Part shown: one piece after another, positions 45,901 through 59,140 of the stretch
Layout of the letters: each line of letters opens with the position of its first letter
How positions within the stretch are numbered: the first letter of the stretch is position 1
Source of the DNA: Phoronis australis
Lineage: Eukaryota > Animalia > Phoronida
Assembly: GCA_002633005.1 (NCBI GenBank)
Contig: NMRA01000024.1
Location: 575,803-639,802, forward strand
Length of the DNA stretch: 64,000 bases
Reading direction: 5' to 3'
Position numbers and translations under genes: made by a program
The notes under the pieces: generated by a model
What the model was told of the DNA's origin: nothing
The model's input: only the letters and a program-made list of their open reading frames with translations
The model's database searches: none

Positions 45901-48271
45901 CGTCTAAAGCCGCGCACCGTACCAGTGACTGCTGGCAACTCATCGGAACTCAACTTTAACATCCTTCGCCGCAGAGATAACAACTCTTGGGCTGTCTCCG
46001 GTGAGTCCATTCTTTGTTGAATGATGTTTAGATAAATAAATTAATCTGATATGTGGCATAACGAACACGAAACATTGTTACTTTATTTCGGTTTCTGTTG
46101 ACGAAGGATATTATTATATCCGAAAATTTCAGTGATCCATTTTTGTTGTTTTATTTACGTATATTTATTTTACTTTTCGACACACAAGTGTATCCTTTAG
46201 TGGATCTGGATCACCTCTTTTAGTTTTGGATCTATTTTCTACGTTACTTCTTCCAATAATGCTATGTAACATTCCTTAACTATCAAACTTTTTGAAAAGT
46301 TCTTACATAATCGGCTGACATGCTCTAAATGAATTACTCCAGGTGACCATCCACTTAGCATCATCTTGAGAACCCAGCACAAACAATAAAATGCTGATAA
46401 CAGTTCATTGAGTGAGGGTCTGAACACAACACCATTGTGTGCGGGTATTGGTCGCAGCTGTTTGAATTAAAAGGTGATTCTAGCAGTGAGGTAGTCAAAG
46501 TCAAGTCAATAAAAATGGCACTGTATGGTTTTAGTGGGCTCTTAATTACATACTGAAGAAACCAAATTTTCATGCGTTACTGTTCATGGTCGGCCTTAAT
46601 TAAGGTTATGTAGGGCCCTATGAAAATGTCCAAATTTGGCTAACTTTGGAATGTCATACATCAGAAATAGCTGATCGGATTCCTGTGAAGCTTTCGCTTA
46701 CTAGATTTTATGCACTGGTCTCCCAAACGCTGCTGTGATTTTCCGCTATTAAGTACTAATCCACGAGAGCACCAGTCATCCAGCGGCAAGGTGGGGGTCA
46801 GCCGATTTCCACCAAATTTTCTCACATAGGTAGTCCTATGAGATCTATAAACAGTATGTATAAATATCATCTTTTTCAGTGAGGCGTGGAATATGATCGG
46901 ATTGAACGGGATAAACTATAAACAGTAGTAAAATATTTCCCCAAAATATTACGTTCTACCAGAGTTATAGGCTCAAACACATTTTACGGCTTCCATGCCA
47001 TATTTTCACCATTTATCATCAGAGTGTCTTTAATGTTTTTTGATATTTTGCAATCGAGTTTGTTCCTTCTAAATGTTTGGAATGTTTCACTGCATACCAC
47101 TTTGAACTATAATACCATACATGGCTCCATTTTTTGTAAAAAGTCGATTACGTCCTCCCAATTGAATAGGGTTAGACATGAACTCAACAAATGTAGATTG
47201 TATAGTTGTTATGCCTTGTAATTTTCTCATGAGTAGTTCTTGGCTCGTATTCAAATCAGATTTTCTGTTGATCAAATGTTCATGTAATGCATTGCAATTT
47301 GAAAAAATAAGTTTAGTGGCATAACCACAATTTTTCACAAGACTTAAAACAAAAGGCCACAGAAATCCTTTGTTTTCCTGACGACATAGTGGCTTTGCAG
47401 TTCTATAAAACATTTCAACGACAAGATATACAAACTCTACCACTGTTCATGGCATTTCGCCGCATACATGTAGGTATGGCCCATCGGTGGTATCATTGTT
47501 TTCCTTCGTTGCGTTATTGTTGGATGTAACAACACAGATCATATGGATATAGTACTTTGGGCATACTTCAGACCATTAGCGATAAATGTTTGTCATTATC
47601 TTTATTATAACAACGAGAACAATAAAGATGCTAATATATCGATTTTTGTGCGCCTTGGTTTCCCCTTAGGTAACCACAGAAGACGAATCCCAAAGTTTCC
47701 ACAAACACTTATCACGCACATCAGTAACTTACCACGCACACGAATCCTTTCAATGGAACTTAAACACCAATTGTTTATTTCCATGTATTGTGTTGTATTG
47801 CTCATGGTAGGGGCTCAGATTCTGTTGTATTAAGATTCCAATTCCCAACTTTGTAATATGTAGTTTGAGTAAGTTCTCGACAATGCAGGGACCTCCAGAT
47901 CATCGAAAGTAACTCTGATGTGTTCTCTTCGCTTAATGAATCCCGTAGTTTGCTAGACAAAGCCAATATCCTCATTTATGGTTTAAGTAAATTCAGTGTA
48001 GAAACTAATCTCATACTGCTTCAATCCGTCGCATCATTTGTTTATAATAGTCTGCTGTTGCATTGAAGTTTTATGTAGTCAACATTTCTCTTTTCTCTTA
48101 TTCTTGTACATATTGATTACAGTTGAATATTCCTGTTTGTTATTGTGTGTTCATGGATTTTATAGTGTTATATTTTGTGTATGTCATAATAAATTGTTAA
48201 CTGTTGAAAAAATGCAGGTTTTTGGATTTATTCTCTTTTAAGTGAAGAGTAGAGATCAAATTCTGCACTGG

Positions 48272-49140
48272 TTATGCGCCCACATATAAATATGTGGTCG
48301 CATATTGCCGTTATCTCTGTCTGGGCGTCTGGCGTCCGCAGCTGTATCTCCTAAACCCCTCGCAGGATCTTTATGAGATTTGGCAGACGTGTTCCTATTA
48401 AGATGACGACGGATGACGACAAATTTTGGACCTCTCCGACCACCGGTGTGAACCCTAGTGGCAATTTTAGTTTTTACGCTTACCTCTGTATCTTTGGAGG
48501 TCCTCAACGGATTTTCATAAAATTAGGCTGTTAGGCATCTATTAGTGAGATGATGCCATCCCCTCGTTTTCGGACGGATTCGAGGTTCTTTGCGCCACCT
48601 AGTGGCCATTTTTACCGTTTTCGATTCTTTTTTTTTTGGCGTCCGTCCTTTTATCAACCAAACCGCTCTGGGTAGGATTTTGAAAATTGGCATATAATGT
48701 TCACACTGTAAAGAGGGCGGCTGACGAGGATTTTCCGACGACTTTGACTACTTTGGTCCCTCCTAGTGGCAGTTTTTTGCGCCCATGGTTGTATCTCCTA
48801 AAACGTTAGCAGGATCTTTTACTAAATGTAGCAAGTATATTTATATGATGTTGACAAGGAACGATGACGACTTTAGCATCGATCGGACTATGGTTGCGCC
48901 CCCTAGTGGCAATTTTATTTTTTACGTTTACCTTTGTATCTATCATAAAATTTGGCAGATAGGCATGTATTATTTGAGACGACGCTATCCTCCCGTTTTC
49001 GGATGGGTTGCCATTTTTACTCGTTTCGTGTCTGTTTTTTGGCGTCCGTTCTTCTATCAACCAAACCGCTCTGGGTATGATTTTGAAAATTGGCATATAA
49101 TGTTCTCACTGTAAAGAGAGCGGCTGACGATGATTTCGGA
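48272..49140 (+). mobile_element. Second, 3'-truncated copy of the same HINE family (a further relic at ~36290-36600)
   Basis: Same 5' end ttatgcgcccacatat..atatgtgg..tattgccgt and the same subunits. Confidence 0.8.
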
Positions 49141-49445
49141 ATCATAGGTAATTTGCTTTTAGAATCTAATCGGCAAGTTGTGTTTTTGGGGTGAAAAGTA
49201 CCGATTTTGTGCTTTTTAGCCCCCTTTTTCTTAGCCTTCCTTGCTTTTCAGTAGGAGCCAAAAGTACGAGACATAATAAAGTTTCTGTGATCATCCATGG
49301 GGCTTGACATATCTGAAAACATTCTTTGCATCCAGTGTTCGGCATAATGAAGAAAAGGTGACAAATCAAGTGAGGTGTGTTTTACTGGGCAAAACCCTGT
49401 GAGTGCCGTTCTGTGCCTCTTTAAGAGAAATGGCGAAATTTCAGC

Positions 49446-51555
49446 CAGGACTCGACCTAGCCAAATTCCCAGGTAGCATTTTCAAAATCCAGCTCGCATT
49501 CGTAAATGCTAGGTTGCAAAATTTTCCCGTCATTTTTACGCGCCAAAATTGATTTTTTTAGATTATGCTCTTACCTGCAGCGTTATATACTCTGAAATTT
49601 CAGATCTCAGCATTGACTTCGTTCATGTAGGTACGGCGTTACTGTTCTTCACGACCGCCATTGAAAGGCTCTTGAGCTCAAGGCAAGTTGCCGACGTGAA
49701 AGTTGAATCAGTGCTCTCTAACTGACACGTGCTTTCGAGTAGCTAAGTTTGCGATGTGAAAAGGGAGAAAATGCCCGTTGAAAAAGTATCCAGGATTTTG
49801 CTAGGTCTGACCTGCTACTGACTGTCGTCAAAGGCGTTAAATATTCAAAGTAACCCTGAGTGCAAATTCCCTCCACTTTTTCTTCGCAGACCAAATTTTG
49901 TATCTTAACTCGACGTTTGAAAAACATATGTCGAAAAAGAATCTGTGAAACGATGGTCTAACCGAATGACCTATTTGGATTCTCGGGAACAATTCAGTGC
50001 AAATTTCACAACAAAAATGTGGTACTTATACTGTTTACGTACTCATTAGTTTCCCATGAAATGAATAGCCTCGAAATAATTCCCGACTCCCTCCGTGCGG
50101 GTTTCCACCGGGAAACGGCGAGTTTGCTCCTCAATACCTTCCAAGTACGGGAAAATAGGTTAGTCACAAAACGACACGCGTGTCACTAGTACGTGGCAAC
50201 TTTCTTTCGAAGGTATCAAATAAAGCCGGGATTTGGTTCGACATATTGAGATAAGACGATTTTTGAAAACTGAATTTGTTGTGTAAAATGAAAGTGACAC
50301 ACCATATAAGGTGCGTGTCAATTTTAAACCACGCGCGGTCGTTTGTAGTGCGCTATGATGGGCGCTAGCCTGAACTGTNACATTTTACGGCGACAGTGGT
50401 TCGGGGAACGAAAAGTTGCCTTGGGAGGTGTGTGAAGAGAAGCATAAAAAGTTCGCTAATCACAATTTCGCATCTAGTACCCGTTTAGTTGCAATAGCTG
50501 GCTACGGGCATAGAATACAGGGTTTAAAGAACATCGACTTCGGGAAACATCGGAACGGGAAAATGTCAGTTCTGGGTTATATCGGTCCCGGGGAATATCG
50601 TAAAGCATCGGGTCTTTTATAACCGGCGGAAATCTATGAGTTCATTTTCAAATAAACCACTGGCACCCGGGACCTGAACAGAGCCAAGCCGGCATACTCT
50701 TTCATATAGGACTGTCGCTGTTCTCTTTCGATGTGCAGCTTTGAAGTGGTGCGCACGCGTGAGTTCACGCACTTGAATCGCTGGAGTAGGCATACACTTT
50801 ACGTTGGCAACAACGTGTGAAAGACGAACCATATTTCGCGCTCGTAGCCCCAGAAACAAGTAAAGGGGTTTGAGAATTAGTTCGCCACTGAAAGTAAAGA
50901 CGTGACCGTCGCTTGGAGATTAATAGGGTTGTCATTTTCACTTTGGCTGTCTTATAATACAAAAATGAGACGCACATCTCTAAGTCACGAGTGTCTGCCG
51001 GGACCGCTTGCGCGCTAAGAACGGTGCCGCAGTACGATATCAGGGATATTGGGGATATTTGGTACATGTAATAAGGAAATCTTGTGCGAAAAATAAACAT
51101 TTTGTCCACATCAAAGTTTGGTAAGTTGATCGCTTAGTTAAGAATTAGTAGAAACACCGCTGTTTTGTGACGTTTTATCACGTGTTATGCTGTGGCCCGA
51201 AACTTTCTTCGGCGAATCCGGAAATTTTCAAAAGCGGCCGAAAATGTTAGCCAATGAAACGCGTCAAAGATCGATTCTGCATATCCCATGTTCACGCGAC
51301 TTGCTTACAAATCATCGGGAGGGCTGTTCTCGGTTAGTGTTGTTTTGAACTTGGCAACAACCAAATAATGGTCGGATTGACAAGAGTTGTTTTATATTTA
51401 CCAGGTGTTTTCCGAGAAGTGTAAAAACTCTGCTCGCATTCGTTGACAATTCCAGGTCACATTTTGCGACTTGATACGAGCTGACAAAAATCTCAGCTCA
51501 CGTTTCCAAGTTTCAGGTCGCAAGTGCGACCTGCAGCTCGTTATGTCGAGCCCTG
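49446..51555. mobile_element. 2.1-kb non-autonomous DNA transposon with CAGG termini and 5-bp TSD (hAT5-like)
   Basis: caggactcgac / gtcgagccctg TIRs; tcagc on both flanks; gctcgcatt subterminal motifs at both ends. Confidence 0.75.
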
Positions 51556-51739
51556 TCAGCTTTCAAATATTTCCAAGTTTTGGCACTATTTCATCTCTCT
51601 GACATTAATCAAAGTTAGGACAATAGTTTTTTTATGAATGTTTGAGTTCCATTTTTATGTAAAAATTGAAGAAATGTGTGTGTACTTGGACTGGACCATC
51701 TGGTGACTCAGTAGCTCGGCAGCTGGGTGTGGTGCTTGC

Positions 51740-52353
51740 AATTAAATAGAAGACACTCATTAATGCATTTCAAATAACACAGATCAAGATGTGGTCTTTT
51801 CCTCAACTCTGACAAGTTCAGGCACAACTTTAGTAATGTCTCTCCAAACTGTAAATGTGGTAACCATCAATCTTATCCTCATATTTAATTCTTCAAATGT
51901 CCCCTCATCGAATACCTGAGAGACTCTCTCTTTCGTGCACTCAATGAAAACCAATCAATTGTTAACGCTCTCAATTCTTGTAATAATATCCCTACTAGAG
52001 TTAAATTATTATTGAATGGTAGTCCTAACCTTAACCTCATTCTCAACGAATTCCTCCTAAGCAACGTTAGTAAATTTTTATGTACCGTTTATCAATATTG
52101 TTGCATCTGGTTTCCGTACATAAATCTGTACATATTTTTGTTTTTATATATTTGTAATAGCATATCTAAGTATTGGAATACTTATATTAGATACTACTTA
52201 AATGTATATACCTCTATGTATATTAGTTTCATTTATGAATTGTTTACAACCCAGATATAATGCTTCGCGATTTCTGGGTTTGTCATTATTTCTTTGTATG
52301 TTCTGTGTGTTCTTCAATAAATATATATCACTTTAAAAAAAGAAAAGAAAAAA
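51740..52353 (+). mobile_element. 5'-truncated CR1/L2-group LINE 3' end
   Basis: KFRHNFSNVSPNCKCG...H..FFKCP...R..LF...LLNGSPNL motif with a stop; AATAAA then A-rich tail at ~52316-52353. Confidence 0.75.
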
Positions 52354-53972
52354 CGGAGACGAACCCCAACCAAGCCCCAACCAAAACATATCACGCGGTA
52401 AGCCAAGTGACTAGCTGTGCTGTCTCAAGGTCAGTTCAGTGCTCACGCGTGGGGAAGCCCTGCTGACTATTGTTTACTTTACAGCTTTAAAGAGTATTTG
52501 TTAGATTCTAACTTCAGTGCTTTTTACGAAAGCTAAATGCAATTTTCAATTATTCATATCAAGTTTAAAATAAAGTTATTTACAAAAAGTAACTGCGTTT
52601 ACTTTGCATTGCGCATGCATATTTTTACAAAACTTGCGTCAAATGGTTGACAGTCCTAGACAGCACGTCGGGTTTTTCTGCAGAAAGATCGTTTTTACGG
52701 TTCATGTGAGAAAACAAATCCTACACTCGTCTCAGGTTTATGACATGGCAAAACCTCTTTGAAAATTCGTCTAATCCCGTGGCTTGGATTGTGGGATTCT
52801 CTATTGCATCTGAAGCCAGTAACGCAATGTGATTTATTCACTGTTGATTTCTCAAAACTTTTGCACTCACGAACACTCCTAAAATATTACAAATTGTCTC
52901 TACTGAGATAGACTTTGCACACTGAGTGAGAATAATTCATTTTGAAACGGAAAAATGCCGGCCATAGACACGGAAATATTTCACGGCCTCGTACTCGGTT
53001 TACTTTTCATCCTTAACTGTCGGGAACCACTTCCGAAGCATTTCAGGTTCTCGAAGAAAACTGCATACCCGCTTTCCTGACAGCTTCATGGTTCGCACAC
53101 GGGAACAATACCCCACGCCATAGAGGCACACACTTAGCAGAAGAACCACTGATATCGCTGCGTCGTGTACTCGCACCTTCTTCGCGACACCTTAATTTCG
53201 GCGAGGTGAGATTCACTGGATACGAGGTGATGTGAATATAGAACGACTAAGACGGCAACAAAAATAATTAAATCGGGTGGCATTCTCCGTTCAAAACGGA
53301 ACCAATTCTTAGCCCGTGCAAACAAACGCAGATGTTGAATTACAGTTTTCGTTTGCTTTTTTCACTTGTCTTTGCATTTTTTAAACCAATACGTTTGTGT
53401 GTTTGTATGGCGTGTTTATTTCTGTAAACACTGGTCGGTTGCGAATACGGATTTAAAAAGGAATGTATGTCATACGCAGTGTCCTCTCGTGTAATCTCTT
53501 ACAAACGAACGTAAGCTTTAGACAGACTCGTATCGTTTAATCTCGATTTTAAACCCGCCTTCAGTTCCATTGCAATTAGGTCACTTGCGATTATGAAATT
53601 GGTCTCAAATTGTTCCTGATTGAAATCAGTGGTAATGTTGTAGCTCAGAAAGAACTTACAAATTACAATGACCTGAGACCTCGAACATTGTCTCAAGGAA
53701 TATGGAAGTGTCAGTTCCTTACAAACTCGGTAATCACTTCTCATATGAGGAAGGAGCAAGTTAAGACTTTCAGTAGGGTAAGTATTTTTAATTTAGAATT
53801 TCCTTTTGGACTGAACGCGGGTAATTTGTACCGACTTTGAAAATTACAGGTGCAATTTATTGCATCTTCAAACTGATGTTTCGGCATGATAACTAAGTAT
53901 TGACAATGCAACATTGTGACAAGGAATTTATTGAGTTCCTTTGAATTTTATCGCTTCACAAGAAATTTCCAT

Positions 53973-55451
53973 TTATTGAGGCCAGATTCTGGAATCGCTA
54001 TAATAACTAGTTGAAGAATGGCAATAACCCTGTGCCTTCCAGGTCTTGTAGTAGCAGGTTCGGTTCACGCCTTCCTTATAGCTTCCGCTCTTCGAAGTTT
54101 TGGCGACAGCTGTCATAGCTTTGTTACCAAACTCAGGGGCTTTGTGTTGCATACACGTACTTCCATAGCAATACGTCACAGTACCCGCGCCGCCGACGTT
54201 GCAGTCGTCGTTGGAACGACATCCTTCCCTTCCCAGCCAACACTCGTACTGAGGTAATAGTCTACTTGACGAGCTTGTCGCGCGGAAATAGCGCATTCTC
54301 ACACCATTGACATCCACCTCCGTGCACCCGAAATCCTTAAACCCTTCGTAGAACTGTCGAAGATTCTCAGCCCTAGCTCTAACGTCTCTGCTGTGATCAT
54401 CATTTCCGGGAAATTTGAACTTGATGACATTCCAAATCGGTTCGTATGTGTAATCGACGGGAGAAGGATTTGCTCTTCCTTCGTTCATCAACTTCTGGAG
54501 AAGTGCTTTAGTGCGTTTGGATACAAGCTGATTTCGTGTGTTGTCTGTTCCACCCTGAACGTTGACATTGAATACAATTTGTAAATGAGAAGCAGCTTGA
54601 ATTTCCTCCTTTGTCACGTCAGTACAAGCATCGACACCAAGCTTTCCGACTTCAGTTGGCCCTTCAAAGTGAACGCAAGCTGCCACCTTAAATTGCCTCT
54701 CTGAATAGCTTTTAGATTTCTCTGAAAATGCCCAAGAACGAATAGACGAACCGTAGTAAGTTCTTACCACTACGTGAGAGCCAAAAGTTGTGAGGAAGTC
54801 TTCATAGTCCCTCCAAGATGATGGATTTTGGGGATTAGTGATGGACGAATTTAGGCTATTGATCCCTTTTATAACATGGTGCGATAACGGACTGCTAGAG
54901 AACTTGTAGCACTTTGCATCGAGGACGTTGACCTGTGTGTGGGTCCACATGTGCACGCTATTACCCCTCACATCAGTTGAGCCGGAGGAAATGGAGCTCG
55001 TCTTTACGTCCAGTGTTGTACCCATGGTGTACTTGCCCGTTATTTTGACGTCCAATGAGCTTGACGAGGCAGTCTTGGTGTAAAACGATTCGGTATCTTC
55101 GAAATAATCAATATTGTTCACTGTCTGCCTGCTTCCTGGGTATTCCAGTAGACACTTTTCCGCCACCGACTTAAAGATGGGCGTACCGCCTGTCCGATCA
55201 GAGTAAAGATCGACCCCAGGCAGATAAAAGCTTTTCCCCAGTGGGTTATTTGTGTTGAAGGGTTCATACCTCGCAGGAACGACGTTCTCTAAAAGTCTGT
55301 TAATTTCGTCTGGATCCGGGACTGGGTAGTAGACTGCGGCCCTTTCACCTTCTTCTAGCTCACCCATTGACTCCACTGGTCGCCGGTCCTCGAGCGTCGC
55401 CTTCACGCCAAATAGAAGGACGGCAATGACAAGCAGCTTAGTTGCAATCAT
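53973..55451 (-). CDS. Secreted MACPF pore-forming protein, PsTX-60A/B / AvTX-60A (DELTA-alicitoxin / thalatoxin)-like, 492 aa
   Basis: Signal peptide MIATKLLVIAVLLFGVKA; MACPF signature YEDFLTTFGSHVVVRTYYGS; Cys-rich tail GCRSNDDC..GGAG...YCYG.TC; three AATAAA on the minus strand (53972, 53927, 53856); ttttcag acceptor directly before the ATG. Confidence 0.88.
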   Translation of the reverse strand: MIATKLLVIAVLLFGVKATLEDRRPVESMGELEEGERAAVYYPVPDPDEINRLLENVVPARYEPFNTNNPLGKSFYLPGVDLYSDRTGGTPIFKSVAEKCLLEYPGSRQTVNNIDYFEDTESFYTKTASSSSLDVKITGKYTMGTTLDVKTSSISSGSTDVRGNSVHMWTHTQVNVLDAKCYKFSSSPLSHHVIKGINSLNSSITNPQNPSSWRDYEDFLTTFGSHVVVRTYYGSSIRSWAFSEKSKSYSERQFKVAACVHFEGPTEVGKLGVDACTDVTKEEIQAASHLQIVFNVNVQGGTDNTRNQLVSKRTKALLQKLMNEGRANPSPVDYTYEPIWNVIKFKFPGNDDHSRDVRARAENLRQFYEGFKDFGCTEVDVNGVRMRYFRATSSSSRLLPQYECWLGREGCRSNDDCNVGGAGTVTYCYGSTCMQHKAPEFGNKAMTAVAKTSKSGSYKEGVNRTCYYKTWKAQGYCHSSTSYYSDSRIWPQ

Positions 55452-55944
55452 CTGAAAACATTAATGCGCCATAATCAAAATTATGATTCTATTTTTTCAG
55501 GCAACTGTTTATCTATTATAGACTTTCCAATGTCAACGTGCTCCCTTCGACTAGGTATCGGGTTCGTTACGTACTTGTGCGTAGCAGGTGTCAAATTTGG
55601 CGTCATGGTTTGACGTTTATTTACTGCCTTCTGGTTTACAATCAAAAATAAGTGCAGGTCATCTTATGTGTTGTCTCTTCTTGCTGTTTGTGAGAACGAT
55701 GGAAAGAAATTTGGAATGTGCCATTTGACAGTTGTTTCAAAACAAACCTAGATTATAACATAGTTATTGTCCTTTCTGTTCATGTTTCCTTTACAAGAAG
55801 TAGTTATCCCCAATTAAAGAAATGTGTCATAAAAGTTCACTTGCAAAGACACGTCTCCTATCAGGATAAGACCCATAAGTTTGTTTTCGTTTCTGAATGG
55901 CATTCAAGTAAAAACTAGGTTAGTCTGTACATGTCAGAATCTTA

Positions 55945-56222
55945 CATTGATGTCAACCAACTAGTTAGGTGTACACGTTACTACTGTCGACACCTTGTGG
56001 TCAAATTGTAAAACTATTCCTAGAAATAGTTGGTCAGTTGGCTGCCCCACCTGGTAGTCAAATATTAAACCTATCCAAAGGGATATATAGCTGGTTAGTT
56101 GGTTGACATCCAACATCCAATAGCTGCCCCACCTGGTGGACAACTACTAAAGCTGTCCAAAGAGACAGATAGCTGGTTAGTTGGTTGACATCCAACATCC
56201 GATAGCTGCCCCACCTGGTTGC
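55945..56222 (-). repeat. ~82-bp minisatellite, 3-4 units, inverted relative to the 58.6-kb array
   Basis: gttagttggttgacatccaacatccaatagctgccccacctggt repeated. Confidence 0.85.
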
Positions 56223-58416
56223 AAACGGCAGGACGGTGGAAAAGGAGATAGCAAATGGGGTGGAGTTTAGATGATGTCTCGGCCACAACAAGGGGCAATT
56301 AGTTTAATTGGATGTGAACCAACTACTAGTGTCTGTTGCATCAAAATAGTCACTTACACACAGTATGCCCGTTATTTAGTTGATGGGGCCCAAGTACTCC
56401 TATCCGTTGCATCAAATATAGTCATATACACAGAGGCGTGATTTAGTAAATGGGGTGGTGGTACCCAAATTTTCTCTCAGTAACAAGATAGAAGAAAATG
56501 CCCCTTATTTAGTAGATGACGTAGGATCCGAGTTTAGACAACTGACAGTCCCTATAAACAGCAATGATCAAATCAAGCAGAGAATGCAAAATTCAAGCCT
56601 GTGAATGCAGAATGTTTAATTGTTGTGCACATATTAATACAGGGTATGTAGATGTACAAGTCAACAGCTACTGCACCTACCATGAGTGACATTAGAAAAT
56701 TCAAAAATCAAATTGTCTCTGTTTATCTTGATATGTTTTTCTGAAGCCATTCTTTGTGCACTAATATATGCACCAACTTTACAACAACACATTTCATTTC
56801 ACTGCAGTCTCCATTCAGTATTATAAAAGATCTGTATTTTTTGTCACTGCTGTTTCCTTGGTATCACTTATTATATTATGAGTGTTCACAGTCCAGATTA
56901 ATCCTTTGTTGGCTCACCTACAGCTCATTGGCCCATGCAGCCTAGTCTGTTGTGTGGGCCATATTACTACAGGCTCATTAACTTTCTGTTTACAAACATT
57001 GTATCACTTAGACAGCTCAAACTACAAGTCTCAATGAATGATTGTATATGGACACAAATAGACTTGTAGTCATATAATTCACAGTGAATGAACACTACAG
57101 TTGTGATGAGGGATTGTCCCATGTTTGGGAGAAAGACCCAATAAGTGTAATTACCCCAACTATAAACTGTAGTAAACATCTCTGCCTGTACATGGCGAAT
57201 TTTCAAAATGCATCAACAAATAATTTTCGTTAAAGGCAAACACCACGGCGGTAGTCAGCTGGAAAAAACAACCAAGTAAGGTTTTCGATTTTAAAAACCG
57301 ATGAACTAATAAGCTAAAAACTACAAACATTGTGAAGCTCAACGACCATGCGTATTGATATACTCTGTGGATTTACTAAACACTGATCAAAGTTGACAAT
57401 ATTACATGAATTATTCTTTTAATAGTCTTTCAATCTCGTTTAACCAGATTTTTAACTCGGCCACAATTGTATTTAAATTGTGCCCTCTCAATTTTTATGA
57501 CTTGACAAAAAGCTAGTCAAGAATAGTTATGAAGTCAGTGCAACCGAAATTGTCCAGAGATTCCAAATCTTCAATGTGGCTATCATCATATTTGCAATTT
57601 AGTATATACTTTATGGCTTGAGTTTCAACAAAAACTAAAATTAAACTAATGGCACTTGTTGTTTTGTTTGCTGTTAAATGTTCAGTTTAGCTGTAATCTG
57701 GAAAGTTCAGGGATGGGTTCACAATTAACTGAACTATTTAAGTTTCGCTGACATTCAAAATGTACCACTATTTTGGTACTTCAAGTTTAAGAATAAAATA
57801 AAAAGATATCGACTAATCCATTCCCGATAAGAGAAAAAAGTAGACAGGAGCATTAAAATTGACATAACAACAAAAACTGGTTTGAAACATAGTTAAAACA
57901 ATCTTCCTTTGGGAAGTGGCACATGGTCAAGTTAAAAAAATTAACTTTTTAGTCGTATTATGATATTTAATATAACTCTCCACAGTTGCAATCCTTAAAC
58001 AGTCTCAGCTGCAATTCCACTATTGCCAGAGGAAACCAGCTTGGGTAAAATAACAAGCATCATTGTTAAAACAGCAGTGCTAGCTATTACCTTTCCACTT
58101 CATTAGCTCAGATCTGCATCAACACAAAGGGCGAGCTGAATAGGCATCACAAAAGTTGTCTGGGGCTAAGGGAATCTGAGCAGTGACCTGTGTAAGCAAG
58201 AAATTCTTCACATAAGCTCATCAACTGTAGCAGACAAGGCTGCTTTTCATTTTAAAATTATTTGAAAATGGAGACAAAAACAAAATATAAGTATTTGATA
58301 GAAATTTTATTTTGGTTTTAAAACTATTTCACTTTCAATTTTTTAATTGTTTTATATCTGATATTTTCACGAACACATGTTAGTTTCAATATTTTAAATA
58401 CAAAATATTTTCAAAA

Positions 58417-58554
58417 TTGTTTTCTAAGATTTTCTATTTAAGCATGTTTTACTTTTCAAATAAATTTCTTTTCCTTTAAAACATATCGTTTTCTAAGATT
58501 TTCTATTTGAGCATGTTTTACTTTTCAAATAAAGTTCTTTTCCTTTAAAACATA
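58417..58554. repeat. 69-bp tandem duplication
   Basis: 58417-58485 versus 58486-58554, few mismatches. Confidence 0.9.
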
Positions 58555-58583
58555 TTGTTTTCTTAGCAATTAAATTAAAATTT

Positions 58584-59140
58584 GCTATTGGATGTTGGAT
58601 GTCACCAAACTAACCAACTATGTGTCCTTTGTATAGCTTCATGATTTGACCACCAGGTGGGGCAGCTATTGGATGTTGGATATCAACCAACACCTTTGTA
58701 TAACTCCGTGATTTGAGCACCAGGTGGGGCAGCTATTGGATGTTGGATGTCAACCAACTAACTACATCTAAGCTGTATCTGCCAGAGATCATTTGACCAC
58801 CAGGTGGAGCAGCTATTGGGTGTTGGATGTCAACCAACTAACTTCATCTTAGCTGTATATGCCAGTTATCGTCGTTTGTCCACCAGGTGGAGCAGCTATT
58901 GGATATTGGAGGTCAACCAACTAACTGCATCTTAGCTGTATATGCCAGTGATCGTTTGTCTACCAGGTGGAGCAGCTATTGAATATTGGAGATCAACCAA
59001 CTAACTACATCTTAGCTGTATATGCCAGTGATCGTTTGTTCATCAGGTGGAGCAGCTATTGGATGTTGGATGTCAACCAACTAACCAACTATCTGCCCCT
59101 TTATATAACTTCATGATTTGACCATCAGATGGGCAGGTTG
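58584..59140 (+). repeat. ~80-bp minisatellite, ~7 units, core ccaccaggtgg(g/a)gcagctattggatgttggatgtcaaccaactaac
   Basis: Cores at 58650, 58717, 58797, 58880, 58960, 59040, 59122. Confidence 0.9.

Noticed and set aside
58584-59140. Conserved ~45-bp core with variable intervening sequence, CRISPR-like at first sight
   Set aside because: The intervening segments are homologous to each other, there are no cas genes, and the context is eukaryotic; it is a minisatellite
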